DNA of 64,000 nt from Octopus vulgaris (lineage: Eukaryota). The DNA lies in NCBI GenBank assembly GCA_951406725.2, contig OX597820.1:14756001-14820000 (forward strand). The letters are read 5' to 3'. This document shows positions 13,370-25,875 of the stretch, in pieces. The stretch's first letter is position 1. Every line of letters begins with the position of its first letter. The position numbers and the translations under genes are program-made. Under the pieces are notes generated by a model. The model was not told the origin of the DNA. It did no database searches and saw nothing but the letters and a program-made list of their open reading frames with translations.

Positions 13370-13990
13370 ATGTTTCCTTGATATTTGCTGTTTATCCACA
13401 TCTTCCACAGGGCACCAGCCAGACACCTGAGGTAGATAAGGGGTATAATGTTCTTAATACGTGGGATGATTATAGGATGTCGAGAAGGGCTAGAATGCAA
13501 TGGAACTTTTTAAAACGCATATGTACTCATGACTGCTCTATGAAAATGTTATTAAACTATGAAATTTAAGATGTTAGTTACTCTTCATAAAATGCAAGTA
13601 ATGTCTATTAGGGTTTTTTTCTGTTTTTCTTTTAAGCATGGTTTTCCTGGTCCCATGGTTATTAATTTTTCTGTTCTTCTCTTCATTATCCAGAGGGCCG
13701 CTATGATTACAAAGTATCAGAGTGGGTTTTCATCTGCTGTTCTTTGGCAATCTCCATGCTTTACGAAGCAAATTTTATCTCTATAAAATTATATCTGGAT
13801 GATTTACCATGATAGTTCTATGAAAAGGAATTGTAAAATTCCAGAGAATGTGACCAGTCTCTGACTGGTTGGAGGAAGTGTTCATATCATTTTATTTCCG
13901 ATAAGGCCTTCAGATTTTCCAATGAATATATTATTATTATTATTATTTGATGGTTTCAGGCTGATTTCTACTACATCACCTGCTATATCT
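13370..13990 (-). mobile_element. Decayed R4/Dong-like LINE 3' fragment
   Basis: Frameshifted remnants of the CCHC knuckle (C..RNQPETI), YIHWKI, YEH, ILWNFTI...RTIMVNHPDII (PD motif of the RLE domain). Ends at the (AAT)n tract at 13327-13366. Confidence 0.6.
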
Positions 13991-14249
13991 CCATATTGCT
14001 GAGGGTGTGTGCAGCATTGTGTGTTCTTGGGATTTTGGGGGATTTTTTGTTGTTGTTGTTAAGGGAGCACAGACTCTTCCTGGTACTCTATTGCACCAGT
14101 TTGTTTTGTTAAGGGCTTTTTGTTGTAAAGTGTATGTATTGTGTATTCTGTTGGGTATCCACCCTGTAGAGTACATGTCGTGGGGGATTGTTTATTTTAT
14201 TGGATATTTATTGTATAGCGTGCATTGTGTTTGGATTGTTTTATTTGGC

Positions 14250-14295
<46 letters not shown>

Positions 14296-15155
14296 TACTA
14301 TTTGTTTATATTACCATTATTACTATTATTATTATTATTGTTTATATTTAGGGTGATGAAGTGGCCAAGAAATAGTAGAGCGTCTGACCAAATAAATGTC
14401 TTGCAGTATTTGGTCATGTCCTTTTATGTTCTGAGTTCAAATCCTGCCGAAGTCAACTTAGCTTTTCATCCCTCCGATCTTGATAAAATACGCACCAGTT
14501 ATGTACTGGGGTCAAATCAATCGACTATACCCTTCCTCTACACATTTGTGGCCTTGTGACAATGTAAGAGAAAATTATTATTATTGTTGTTATTATTATT
14601 ATTACTATTATTATTGATATTATTATTATCATTATTATTATATTATTATTATTATTATCATCGTCATCATCGTTTTGGTTGTACAATCAGAAGGGATTTG
14701 GTTTCTATTAGTAGAATCGAATTGCTTCTTGTCTTTAAAAAAAAATTTTTTTCTTCTCTTAATAATTTGATAGAATGTCTTTCTTCAAGCTTTGAGCTTT
14801 GAGAAACTTTCTTCATTTTCTTCATCTTCTTCTTCTTCTTCTTCTTCTTCTTAAGACAGAATCGTATCAGCAAAAGAAAAATGTTAAATGTTCAATTGAA
14901 TTCAAAAGAAAACTGTTATCTCGTTTTTAATCGTTGATTGAAGAGTTGGAAGAGCTGACTGGAGGATGCTCCATGCCCAAAACATCCATTTATGTACACA
15001 CACACACACACTCTCTCTCTCTCTATTGCTCCCTCTTTCTCTGTATATATCTCTCTCTTTTTCTGTCTTTCTTTTCTCTCTCCCTCCCTCTTTTATCTCC
15101 CTCCTCTCACTCTCTCTTTCACTGTGTATATATATATATATATATATATCTATAC

Positions 15156-15236
<81 letters not shown>

Positions 15237-16399
15237 CTGTCCTTTGGCTCTCTCTGTCTCTTTCTCTCTCTCCCTCTCTCTCTTTCCCTCTCTCTCTCTC
15301 TCTCTCTCTCTCTCACAAACACATGCACACAATTTGTCGTTGTTCTTGACCTGTTTACCTTGATTGATGGCTGTCGGATAACGAAGTAAACTCATTAGTA
15401 AAATTGATAAACAGTTACAGCTTAGCAATTCGAAGATCAAACGCTCCTTTTCTCACCAAAAGACAAGAGAATGGTGAGACATGGAATATTTGGATAGAAT
15501 TTAAATGTAATTTTTGTACTGGAATAAACCAGATCAGCTTGGGATTTCTTAAAGAAATTACCATCAAGTCATGAAGCTGTTACTGTAAGGTTAATCCTAA
15601 TTCAGCTATTGGTTTTCACACGAATGGCATCACCAAATAATTAACCTCAGCGATTCATATAATTAAATATGTAAATTATTCATATCTACTCAGAATTCCA
15701 CTTAGTGATTCATCACTGCATTGGCAAATTTGGTTAAGTCTGTACTTCATCGAAGAGGTTCTAATAAGGTGAAATATGTCTGGAGTTACCTCCCTTCATG
15801 CCTGAAAGGATTAAAATGGCATTAGTTGTTTTAATCTTGACAAATGTTGGCTTTTTTCTTTGACCTATATGTAGTCTAATGAGCTATTTGATGCTCCTTA
15901 CATCTACTAGGCATCGATAACATCCATCGCGATACTCAACTGGTATTTATTTTATCGGCCCAGAATGGACAAAGGGCAAAATTGACATCAGTGGAATTTG
16001 AACTCAGAAAATAAAACCTGAAGAAATGCTGCTAATTATTTTGGCATACTGCCTTCATCACTGTAAATATTGTCGTCCTTAATTAATTCATTAATGCTAT
16101 TATAACTCAACTATGTATGAGCTGTTACATGCATACATAGGCACACATGGCAGGGGCCACTGTCAATCAAGGTAGGCTATATACCCACACCTGTACATGT
16201 GGGCAAGGACATCTTTTCTTTCCTCCTTTCTTTATTCTTTCTTATTTTCATTTTTCTTTCTTTTTTTTTTTAAGAATGATTGTTGCCCTTATATGCAGAC
16301 CTCCCCAACTCTATAGCACTGATTTTGTCCAAGGAAAAATCCACTGCCTTAGGACAAATAAAGTTTGATGTCAGAGTTCATGGCTCGCAGGATGGCCTG

Positions 16400-16815
16400 C
16401 TGTGCTTACCTGGGATCGTACGGCGACCTGCTGTGCTTGAGGAGACCTATTGAGTCAAGTACATCAACATCAAAATAGAAATCAAATGGAAATTGTAGTT
16501 GTGATACCCGTGCCGGTAGCACATAAAAAACACCATCCGAACATGGCCAATGCCAGCACCGCCTTGACTGGTGTCCGTGCCGGTGGCATGTAAAAAGTAC
16601 CACCCGATTGTGGACATTGCCAGCCTCCTGTGGCACATAAAAATCACCCACGACACTCACAGAGTGGTTGGCATTAGGAAGGGCATCCAGCTGTAGAAAC
16701 ACTGCCAGATCAGACAGGAGCCTAGTGCAGCCTCCTGGCATCCCAGACCCTGGCTGAACCATCCAACCCATGCTAGCATGGAAAACGGACGTTTATGATG
16801 ATGATGATGATGATG
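16400..16815 (+). mobile_element. SINE family 1
   Basis: Same core and (GAT)n tail, in sense orientation. Confidence 0.8.
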
Positions 16816-17143
16816 TTGTCACAAGCATTGTTGCCAATGGAAAGTTCCACAAACATACTGAATGGCGCCTTGTCCAGTGAATACTCTGTCAGTTCTGCTA
16901 ATCTCAAACCCTGGTTTGGTGCTGCTTTTATCAACCATGCAGAAGAAAGAAAATGGCAAGTGTTGATCTTGATGGGATTTGAACCCAAAACATAGAGAGT
17001 TGGAACAAATACCAAACGGAACTTTGTCAAGTGCATTAACAGAACACACATCTAACCCTTTTTCTGAACCGCTAAGTTACGGGGATATAAACACACCAAC
17101 ACCAGTTGTCAAATGGTAATGGGGAGACAGACACACACATATG

Positions 17144-17192
<49 letters not shown>

Positions 17193-17354
17193 TATGGGCT
17201 TCTTTCAGTTTCTATCTACCAAATTTACTCACAAGGTTTTGGTTGGCCCGGGGCTATAGTAGAAGACACCTGACCAAGGTGCCAGGCAGTGAAACGGAAC
17301 CCAGAGCTATGTGATTGAGAAGCAAACTTCTTACCATACAGCCACAGATGCGCC

Positions 17355-17388
<34 letters not shown>

Positions 17389-17394
17389 TATATA

Positions 17395-18645
17395 CAGGGT
17401 GTGTAAGATATTTTAGGATAGATTTATGCTTATAACAAGACAGTTATATAATATCTTTATTTATCAAAAAATACTATGAGGATAAAAATAAACCTTCTTT
17501 TCTATAATGCTATTCATTAAAGCCACCTTCAGCTTCAATAACTGCTTCTGTATGAGATCTGAATCATCTACATGCTCGAATCAAGTGGTCCTGGTTTATT
17601 TTGGTCATTACTCTGACTATGGCAGCTTTCAAAGAATCTTTGGTGTTATGGGTGTGTTCATTGCCCTTTCTCTCTCCACAACACTCCACATGTAATAGTC
17701 CAATGGATTGAGATCTGGAGAATTAGGAGGCCAAATGTTAGGGGTTATATGATCATGAACATCTTCGGCCATGCATTTCTGTGTTACTAGAGCCATGTGT
17801 GATAGTGCAGAGTCTTACTGAAACACCTATGGTCTTTTATAGCATACACTGTCTATCCAGGGCTTAACACTTATTTCCAGGACCTCAATGTAGGTGGCAG
17901 AGTTAACTCTAAAGCCTTGTGGAAAGAAGTAAGGAGGCATCACATGCCCTTCATTGCTGACAACCCCTAAAACCATGACAGTTGCAGGAAATTTTGTATG
18001 CACTTGGAACTTCAGAAGGGTCTGCGCATAACAGTCTGTCATTTCTTCTGTTGACTTTTTGATCTTGGTTGAAGTTTTTCTTGCTTAAGAGAAAAACCAA
18101 ATCAAATCTTCTACTGGATTTTGCAGTTTGTTTAAGAGCCTTTTAGATCTGATGTAGTGATTTGCTTTTGCTTTTTCTGATAAATTGACCTTTCCTCATC
18201 ATATAAGACTTATATCTAATGTCTCCGTGGACAACATTTCTGACTGTTCCTTCTCACACATGGAGATCTTTTGCAATTGACCTCATGGACTTTCTGGGAT
18301 TGTAATCAATGGTCTTTTGAACTTGCTGGATAAACTTAGGTGTTCTGATGACATCAGAGCATTTAGAATGCTTTTAATGCTTTGATATTGGTGAAATGTT
18401 TCCATTTTCAGTCTCTAACTCCTTACAAACTTTGTAGACGAAAGATCTGGCAACTTTTAAAAATCAAGATATTTCTAAATCGCTATGTTCAGACTTTATA
18501 ACCATGATAACAGCATGCCTCTTCATTTCTTGAGTAAGATGAGGGTCTGTCATTATTATTTCCTAAAACAAAGATTACACAGAGTTAGCCAAAAATGCAG
18601 GAATGACCCCAAAAAGGTATGTCCTCAAATACCTTATCCACCCTG
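17395..18645 (-). mobile_element. Full-length decayed Tc1/mariner-superfamily transposon, DD37D (maT) type
   Basis: Imperfect TIRs cagggtgtgtaagatattttagga / tcctcaaataccttatccaccctg, flanked by TA on both sides, 1251 bp. Minus-strand transposase remnant inside. Confidence 0.9.
17510..18553 (-). pseudogene. DD37D transposase pseudogene
   Basis: Translates as ...MVLGVVSNEGHVMPPYFF...KPWI...VFQ*DSALSH...WPPNSPDLNPLDYYMWSVVER...EAEGG. There are 37 residues between the second and third catalytic Asp, with multiple in-frame stops and frameshifts. Confidence 0.88.
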
Positions 18646-18709
18646 TATATATACAGACATATGTATATCTCAGCCTTTTCAATTCATTTGTGTGTGTCTA
18701 TATATTTAT

Positions 18710-18748
<39 letters not shown>

Positions 18749-18765
18749 CACACACACATACACAC

Positions 18766-18800
<35 letters not shown>

Positions 18801-19512
18801 TACATACATACATATATAATAATTATATTTGTGTTTCTATCCGTTTGCATATAGTTTAGAAAAAGTATCACAAACACAAACATAATGACTACGAAATAAT
18901 TACATAGAATAAATTAGGAAGAAATGTTTTATTTCAAGAAGGAAGAAAACAAAGCAATCATTGATAAGTTTCTTGAAGGTTTAAATGTCTTATTTTTTTT
19001 TATTTGCTTATTCGTTTATTTTGGTTTTTGCTTTTAAGATTTACTAAATTAGGTTTTAATAGAATTAGTGTTTCTTTTTTCTTTGAACCACACAAATTCT
19101 TTTACTACCAGGAAAATTAATATATTTGAATTCCGTCCATTATTAGCTCCAATATTTACTTTGCTTCTGTATTTTGTATGACACAGATTCCGTATAATCC
19201 TTAAAAGCATCAATTTCTTTGACTAATCTTGGATGAAATTATATCTGGAACCACAGAAAACGGTTGCTTGATAAATCTTTTGCCAACATACTGGGTCTGT
19301 GTCTTCAGATCTCCAAACACTGTTTTCTTCTTTTCACTCTGCTCATGACTATCAAAACACAATTAGTGAATTCGCTGAAATATGAGGGAAAATGGTAGGG
19401 GGAGGGGGGAGTATGAGACATTTTTGACACAGTTATTTTGGTGCCATCTTTGATATTGTTGATTCGAAGGTGCATGGCTTCAGTTGTTCGGGTATTTCAC
19501 TCATGATCTTAA

Positions 19513-20037
19513 CCCTTTCGTTACCAACTCTCTGAAACCGGCTCTGGTTCTGCGTACAAATGTCTTGTTTCCATAAGATTTTAATTAAAATCTTCCATGA
19601 AACCTTAGTTACAATTTACATTCCTAACACTAGCTGAATAATAACTAAGTTATTTTATTAAATTCTTTGTTATATTTAAAGTAAATGAAAGAAACACAGA
19701 GCATCTTAAAATAAATACAGTAACGAAAGGGTTAAAATATATAATAGAGAAACAATTCTTAACTCTTTTGATACCAACCCGGCTGAAACCGCCTGTTGGT
19801 CTGTAGCACAAATGTCTTGTTTTCAAAAGTTCTGAATAAAAATCTTCCACCAAACCTCAGTCACAATTTACGTTCATAACACTAGCTTGATGATAACTAA
19901 GTTATTTTACTAAATTCTTTGTTATATTTAAAGTAATTGAAAGAAACACAGAGCATCTCAAAATAAATACAGTAACGAAAGGGTTAAAATATATAATAGA
20001 GAAACAATTCTTAACTCTTTTGATACCAACCAGGCTG
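19513..20037. mobile_element. Tandem array of piggyBac-type MITEs (family A; 2 full and 1 partial)
   Basis: Units 19513-19731, 19763-19983 and partial 20015-20037, with TTAA flanks and the same 23-bp spacer as at 2098-2120. Confidence 0.8.
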
Positions 20038-20901
20038 TAACTAATAATGTACATAATTCCTCATCTCTTAAATATAGAATTGTTGTTGTTGTCATTGCAT
20101 TGTTTCTTACAAGCTGTTCCAAGTTTTGCCTATAAACCTTAAATAACAAGTTGGATATTTTACTATGGTTGTTATTTATGATTTTCAATGATACATTGCA
20201 AAGAAAGGACACCAAATATCAAGAATAAAGATTCTGTTAAATTTGTAACATTTTACAGTTTCGAAAGAGCTAAAAGAGAATCGGATGTTCACAGGTTGAA
20301 GTGTGTTTTTCCTTCGGATGTAGGCCATAACCATTTGCATAGTGTTTTGTATTTTTGGTACTTCTTAGGTTCCCTGGTATTTGACCACAGTATTTAAGAG
20401 GGCCATTTGGTATTATCCCTAAAGCACCGACAATCATACAGTTGTTCTTAGTCGTCAGAATTTCAAGACCTCTTGTTCAGGGCCCTTGTATTTACTTAAC
20501 CTTTCGAATGTTTTCACAGAAGTGTTGCAGTCTACTGGGATTGACATATATATGAGTCAAGCACATTTTGTCATTGCGATTTTTTTTACCACAATACCTG
20601 GTCTGTTTGCTTGTTGTTGTTATTATTATTATCATCATTATTATTGTTGTCGATGAAGGTGACAATAGTAATAGCAGCATTAGCAAGAATAAAAGTAATT
20701 AGTGAAAAACACCTGCAATATATACATATGCACACACACACATGTACATGTATATATCATCATCATCATTTAACGTCCGCTTAAACGATGATGATGATGA
20801 TATATATATATATATCAATAATAATAAAAGGTAAAATTAATTAATTAATAATTTTACCAAGTAGCTTGGCATGTTAAAAGAACCATTATCGGTAAACTTA
20901 A

Positions 20902-21084
20902 ACAAAAATTTTAATAATTATTAGTATAATTATAATTAGGGTTCAGCAAAAAATTTGCTTCACCACATACCGAAATTTAGAAATAGCAGTCAAAATTAGC
21001 TATTTCTAAATTTCGGTATGTGGTGAAGCAAATTTTTTGCTGAACCCTAATTATAATTATACTAATAATTATTAAAATTTTTGT
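20902..21084. repeat. Perfect inverted repeat (86-bp arms, 11-nt loop)
   Basis: 20902-20987 is the exact reverse complement of 20999-21084. Confidence 0.97.
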
Positions 21085-21400
21085 ATATATATTCTAATAT
21101 TGACCAGTCAGAATGAATGTTCAACACTGCATTAGTGAATTTGCAGGTTGACGAGGTTACCAGTGGTTTCATCTACAGGGGTTACCTCTCAATAGTTATC
21201 AAACCTGCCACATGGAGACAAGTGCCAACATTCCCTTTTGGCAGGCTTGATAATTGATAATTTCTCTCCACATGAAACCATTGGTTGCTTTGTTAACTCA
21301 TAAATATAGTATATATTTAGATAGATATATAGATTACTCCGATCTTTTACATTTCCACCAAACTTAGCTAATATGGCAACTTGCTTTAGTTTCCTTACAG

Positions 21401-21495
21401 AGGGCGGAAACAGACGAGGTGTAGTCGGTAACAGCCTCAGGCAAGTTTTTCAGTTGAATTTCACTTGATGATTCCACAAAACCAGTTGCCACTGC
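21401..21495 (+). other. Predicted 5' UTR part of the start exon; further upstream non-coding exon(s) implied
   Basis: Acceptor AG at 21399-21400, unique non-repetitive sequence, and in-frame stops before the ATG. Confidence 0.55.
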
Positions 21496-21513
21496 ATGGA
21501 GTCCCAGCTTCAG
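21496..21513 (+). CDS. Predicted first coding segment (MESQLQ) of the CXXC gene
   Basis: Exon 21401-21513 is bounded by ttgctttagtttccttacAG and CAG|GTaatg. ATG at 21496 follows in-frame TGA TGA (21466-21471). The phase-0 donor joins in frame to ATT GGA GTG at 26592, giving MESQLQIGVASLSMSH... Confidence 0.65.
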
Positions 21514-21680
21514 GTAATGTGAAGTTGAGTTGGAAAAAAAATTAAATAAATAAAATTAAAATAAAACTAAAAAAAATGTAAACAAAGCAAAAAAAAAACA
21601 GGCATTTTATAGAATTTTTTTTCCTCTTTACATACCAAAAGCAACAGTAGACTGAAGCCAAGATCACCTCATGTATTATA

Positions 21681-21931
21681 CGAGGTGTTCAAAAAGTCTC
21701 TCCGCAGTGAGTATTTAGTGGTTTTCAGGTGCTTCTTGTACACTGATCCTTTACTTGCTCCCCAGGAAAGAAAAAAAAAAAAAAGAAGTCAGGCAGGCAG
21801 GATTAAATCAGGTGATATTCGTGGCCAAAGTCCCTTCAAAATAATCCATTCACTGGAAAATTCTTGAAGTAGTGCTATGGTGATGCGCAGCATGAAAAAT
21901 TTCACTGCTGAGAGACTTTTTGAACACCCTG
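21681..21931. mobile_element. Tc1/mariner-type MITE
   Basis: About 30-bp TIRs cgaggtgttcaaaaagtctctccgcagtga / tcactgctgagagactttttgaacaccctg, TA on both sides. Confidence 0.8.
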
Positions 21932-22687
21932 TATAACATACATACATGTGTGTGTATCGCTTACTTGCTTGCTTGATCCCTTAATTCTGGATGGAGCTGA
22001 TAGGGAGTGCCATCTTGATGCTATCTTGGTATATGGTATGTCTTGGATGTTAAAATTTGGCAGCACCCATCTTGTCCCTCTGTCTTCCAGGTTTGACCAA
22101 AACTGGTTCCTTCTTGAGAGAGTCACCTCCAGTCCTGGACTGCTACCTTAGGTATTGGCTCTGAAAAGATAGGAGGTGAAGTTGAACCCCACCTCCTGCT
22201 AATAGGGTTTGAACTCAGTGCATCAGGAACCAGAACAACAATTGCAAGGCAGGCTATCTGGTCCTCTAATAATTCTGCCTGTCATCATCATCAACACCAT
22301 CATTATCACAATCATTATCAATCACCATTATCATCATCACAATCATTATCATCACCAACACCACCACCACCACCACCATCATCCCCACTATCATCACCTT
22401 CATCATCATCATTGTTATTTACCGATATTTCTTCCATGTGACATAGGTTGGATAGTGCAACAGGAACCGACAAGCCATAGGATTACCCAGCACTCCAGTG
22501 TCTGCTTCAGCCCTTCTTAACGCCAACCACTTTACAGAGTGTACTAGGTGCTTTTTCTTTTTGGCACCAGTACTGGTGGGGGTCATCAAGTACTTGCATG
22601 ACAAAATCCCCTTGGCTGACTGGGATCTAGCATCAAGGGAGTTGAAGGTATGAAAGAGAGATAGGAACAGGGGTCTTTATGGCAACA

Positions 22688-23048
22688 ACATCATCATCAT
22701 CATCGTTTAACGTCCGCTTCAGCTTTCCATGCTAGCATGGGTTGGACGGTTCAACTGGTGTCTGGGAAGCCAGAAGGCTGTACCAGGCTCCAGTCTGATC
22801 TGGCGGTGTTTCTACAGCTGGATGCCCTTCCTAATGCCAACCACTCCGTGAGTGTAGTGGGTGCTTTTTATGTGCCAGGCGAGGCTGGCAATGGCCACGA
22901 ACGGATGGTGCTTTTTACGTGCCACTGGCACGGAAGCCAGTTAAGGTGGTGCTGGCATCGGCCACGTTCGGATGGTGCTTTTTACGTGCCACCGGCACAG
23001 GGATCACAACTACAATTTCCATTGATTTTTTATGTTGATGTACTTGAA
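22688..23048 (-). mobile_element. SINE family 1
   Basis: Reverse-complement homologue of 16455-16815. Confidence 0.8.
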
Positions 23049-23486
23049 CGAATTGGTAAAATCATTAGAGCCTCTGACAAAATGCCTTTGCAGTGTGTGT
23101 TCAGGCTCTTTACATTGTAATTTCAAATCCCTCTGAAGTCCGTTCTGCTGTTCAGTCTTCAATGATGATAAAATATATTTTATAATGAAAATAAAAATGC
23201 TGGGTCGTAGCCTTCTCTCCTTCCAATTGCCAAGGTCAGATATTTCCCTGGGTCAAGGGTGTCCAACTCATCTCACAAAGCTCTAACAAAAGTGTAGGGC
23301 ATGCTGACAGCAAGCCACATGATTACAAATGACTGCTGTGTTTTATATGTGTATTCATGTGTATGCATATGTATATATCTATATGCATGTATATGTATTC
23401 ATGTTTGTATGTATTTGTGTATATATGTGTATGCATATATATGTGTATATATGTGTGTATGTATATATATATATCTATGTATATAC

Positions 23487-23665
23487 CAAGGGTGTAGCTA
23501 GGGTGGCGCAAGCAGAGCACATGCCCTGCGTGCCACTTTGAGGGGGCGCAAATTTGGCCAAGTTCGTTTTCTAATTAAGCCATTTAAAAAATGGTTGTGT
23601 TTTTTTGGGGGGGGGCACAGTTTTTGTGCTTGCAGTGGGCACCATTTACCCCAGCTACACTCCTG
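23487..23665. mobile_element. hAT-type MITE
   Basis: TIRs caagggtgtagctagggt / accccagctacactcctg, exact 8-bp TSD gtatatac (23479-23486 and 23666-23673). Confidence 0.75.
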
Positions 23666-23798
23666 GTATATACATAAGTGTGTGTGTATGTAAATGTGTA
23701 TGTGTAAATATGTATGTGTGTATATATACATATTTGTCTTTTTGTTTATACAGATATGTGTGTGCATAAGTGTTATTTAGATAGGTGTATGTATGTAT

Positions 23799-23862
<64 letters not shown>

Positions 23863-24312
23863 TAATATACATATATACACATAGACATATATATATAATA
23901 TACATATATCTTTACATACATTGACTGCTTGTATGTTTTTAGTCTCTGCCAGACAAATTTTTTTCTTTTTTTTATGAATAATTGTGCTCTTTTCTATGGT
24001 GAAAGAATCGTTCAGTCATCATTTTCTTTTCTTTCTTCTTTGCCACAATATGGCATTAAAATGGCTCAATGGATAAAGTATTGATTTACAAACTCATAGA
24101 TCATAAGTTCAAATCTCTGTAAGGTAGCATTGTGTTTCAAGACTTGAACAGGTTATGTTATACAACAATTTTTATTATGTACTGTAACATGTCTTTTAAG
24201 TCAGGTTTCTGAAGAAAAGAATATGACAAAGATAAAAGGGACTCCTGTATCTAATGCTGGGGATATTTTGTTTTGTTTTATTTATTTATATATTTATTGT
24301 TGTTGTTGTTGT

Positions 24313-24530
24313 TAAGGCAGCAAAATGTCAGAATCCTTAGCATGCTGGGTGAAATGCTGAGTAGTATTTCATCCATCTTCATGTTCTGAGTTCAAATTCT
24401 GTGAAGGTCGACTTTGCCTTTCATCGTTTCAGGGTGGATGAAATAAGTACCAGTGAAATACTGGGGTTGATATAATCAACTAGTTCCCTCCCCAAAAATT
24501 TCAGGCCTTTCACCTTTAGCAGAAAGGATT
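24313..24530 (+). mobile_element. SINE family 2
   Basis: Same head, core and tail as the 12.3-kb copies. Further copies at about 14350-14580, 25091-25318, 41900-42105 and 43465-43680 (+), and 15915-16060 and 46490-46680 (-). Confidence 0.75.
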
Positions 24531-25875
24531 ATTATTATTATTATTGTTGAGTGAGAAAGAAGTGCATGCCATCAAAGCGACACTGGGGTACAAATATACG
24601 AAGCCCAGTACATCCGTCTGATAAAGGTGCACCAGCCACATGCATCACAACCATATGTGTACGACATGGTGATCTCATATCAAGATAAATAGCACATGAC
24701 CTTGCTGGTGGGGCCCAGTTAGAATTTTCTTCAGGTCAAGTAGCCTATCCCGGTCAAAAGTTCCCTGAATAAGGGTTAGCTAAAAATGTTGAACGAACCA
24801 CCCATGTTTCCAAAGGTGAATTATCCAAACCCCAAAGAAACCCTCTCAACACATGGCTATGATGCTCCCCCACTACTTCTGATCGTGATCAAAGAGGCAC
24901 ATATCGTCAGCCCCTAAGGGACTTGCTCAACTGGTTATGGTCAAACAACTGATAAGCAAATCTGTGGTATTGATCAGAATATTTGCTGTAGCCCATCTTT
25001 TATAACAAGACAGAACAATGTACATGACAACACTTCCAATCAGTTAAGATCAGAAGCCACTATTATAATTATTATTGTCATTATTATTTTTAGGTGGTAA
25101 GCTGACAGAATTATTAGCATGCTAGAACAAAATGTTTTGTGGCATTTCATCTGCCTTTATGTTCCAGATTCAAACTCTGCTGCGGTCAACTTTGTCTTTC
25201 GTCATTTCAGGGTCAATTAAATAAGTACCGGTCATCTACTGGGGTCGATGTAATCAACTAGCCCTGTACCTCACCTCCCTGCAATTTCAGGCCTTGTGCC
25301 TACAGCAGAATGGATTATTATTGTTATTTTTTTTTGTTTCATTTCGTACTTGAAAATTTGGCAGTATAAAACTAAGACTGTTTAGGAGAATGAGGAAATG
25401 GTCCTCATTTGTTGTTCTTCATTTCATGATTTGATTTAAGTCAATTAGAAGAGATTTTTGTTGGTAGTTTTGATGTTCATCTTTCATGTTCTTAAAACTG
25501 ACCAGATTAGCAACTTTACTCTTTTAAATCCTGAAGTGGTTTATTAGGCCAATATTTGCACAAAATCCATGGTTACAGTGGGGGGGGGGACATAATAGCA
25601 GAATCTGGATCTGGAGGGACCCTTGCTTTCCAAACAGACCTCTTCTTAATTTTTCTGATCATTTCTGATTCTGAGTGCAGTATTCTAAGTCTACACAACA
25701 CTATGTCACAATAACTGGACATGAACTCTAAGTTACACTTTTGCAGGGTTGTTTTAAGAGGGCTTTATGTCTCTGCCAAAACCCAACTGCTGTTTCGCCA
25801 ATGTTATACTTACTTAAATCTAGTCTAAGAGAGTTGACCTTAAAAAGAAAATCTGGTTGTTTTAGAACTATTTTA

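Noticed and set aside
19157-19375. Apparent minus-strand exon with AG/GT boundaries
   Set aside because: All three frames contain stops and no homology was recognised.
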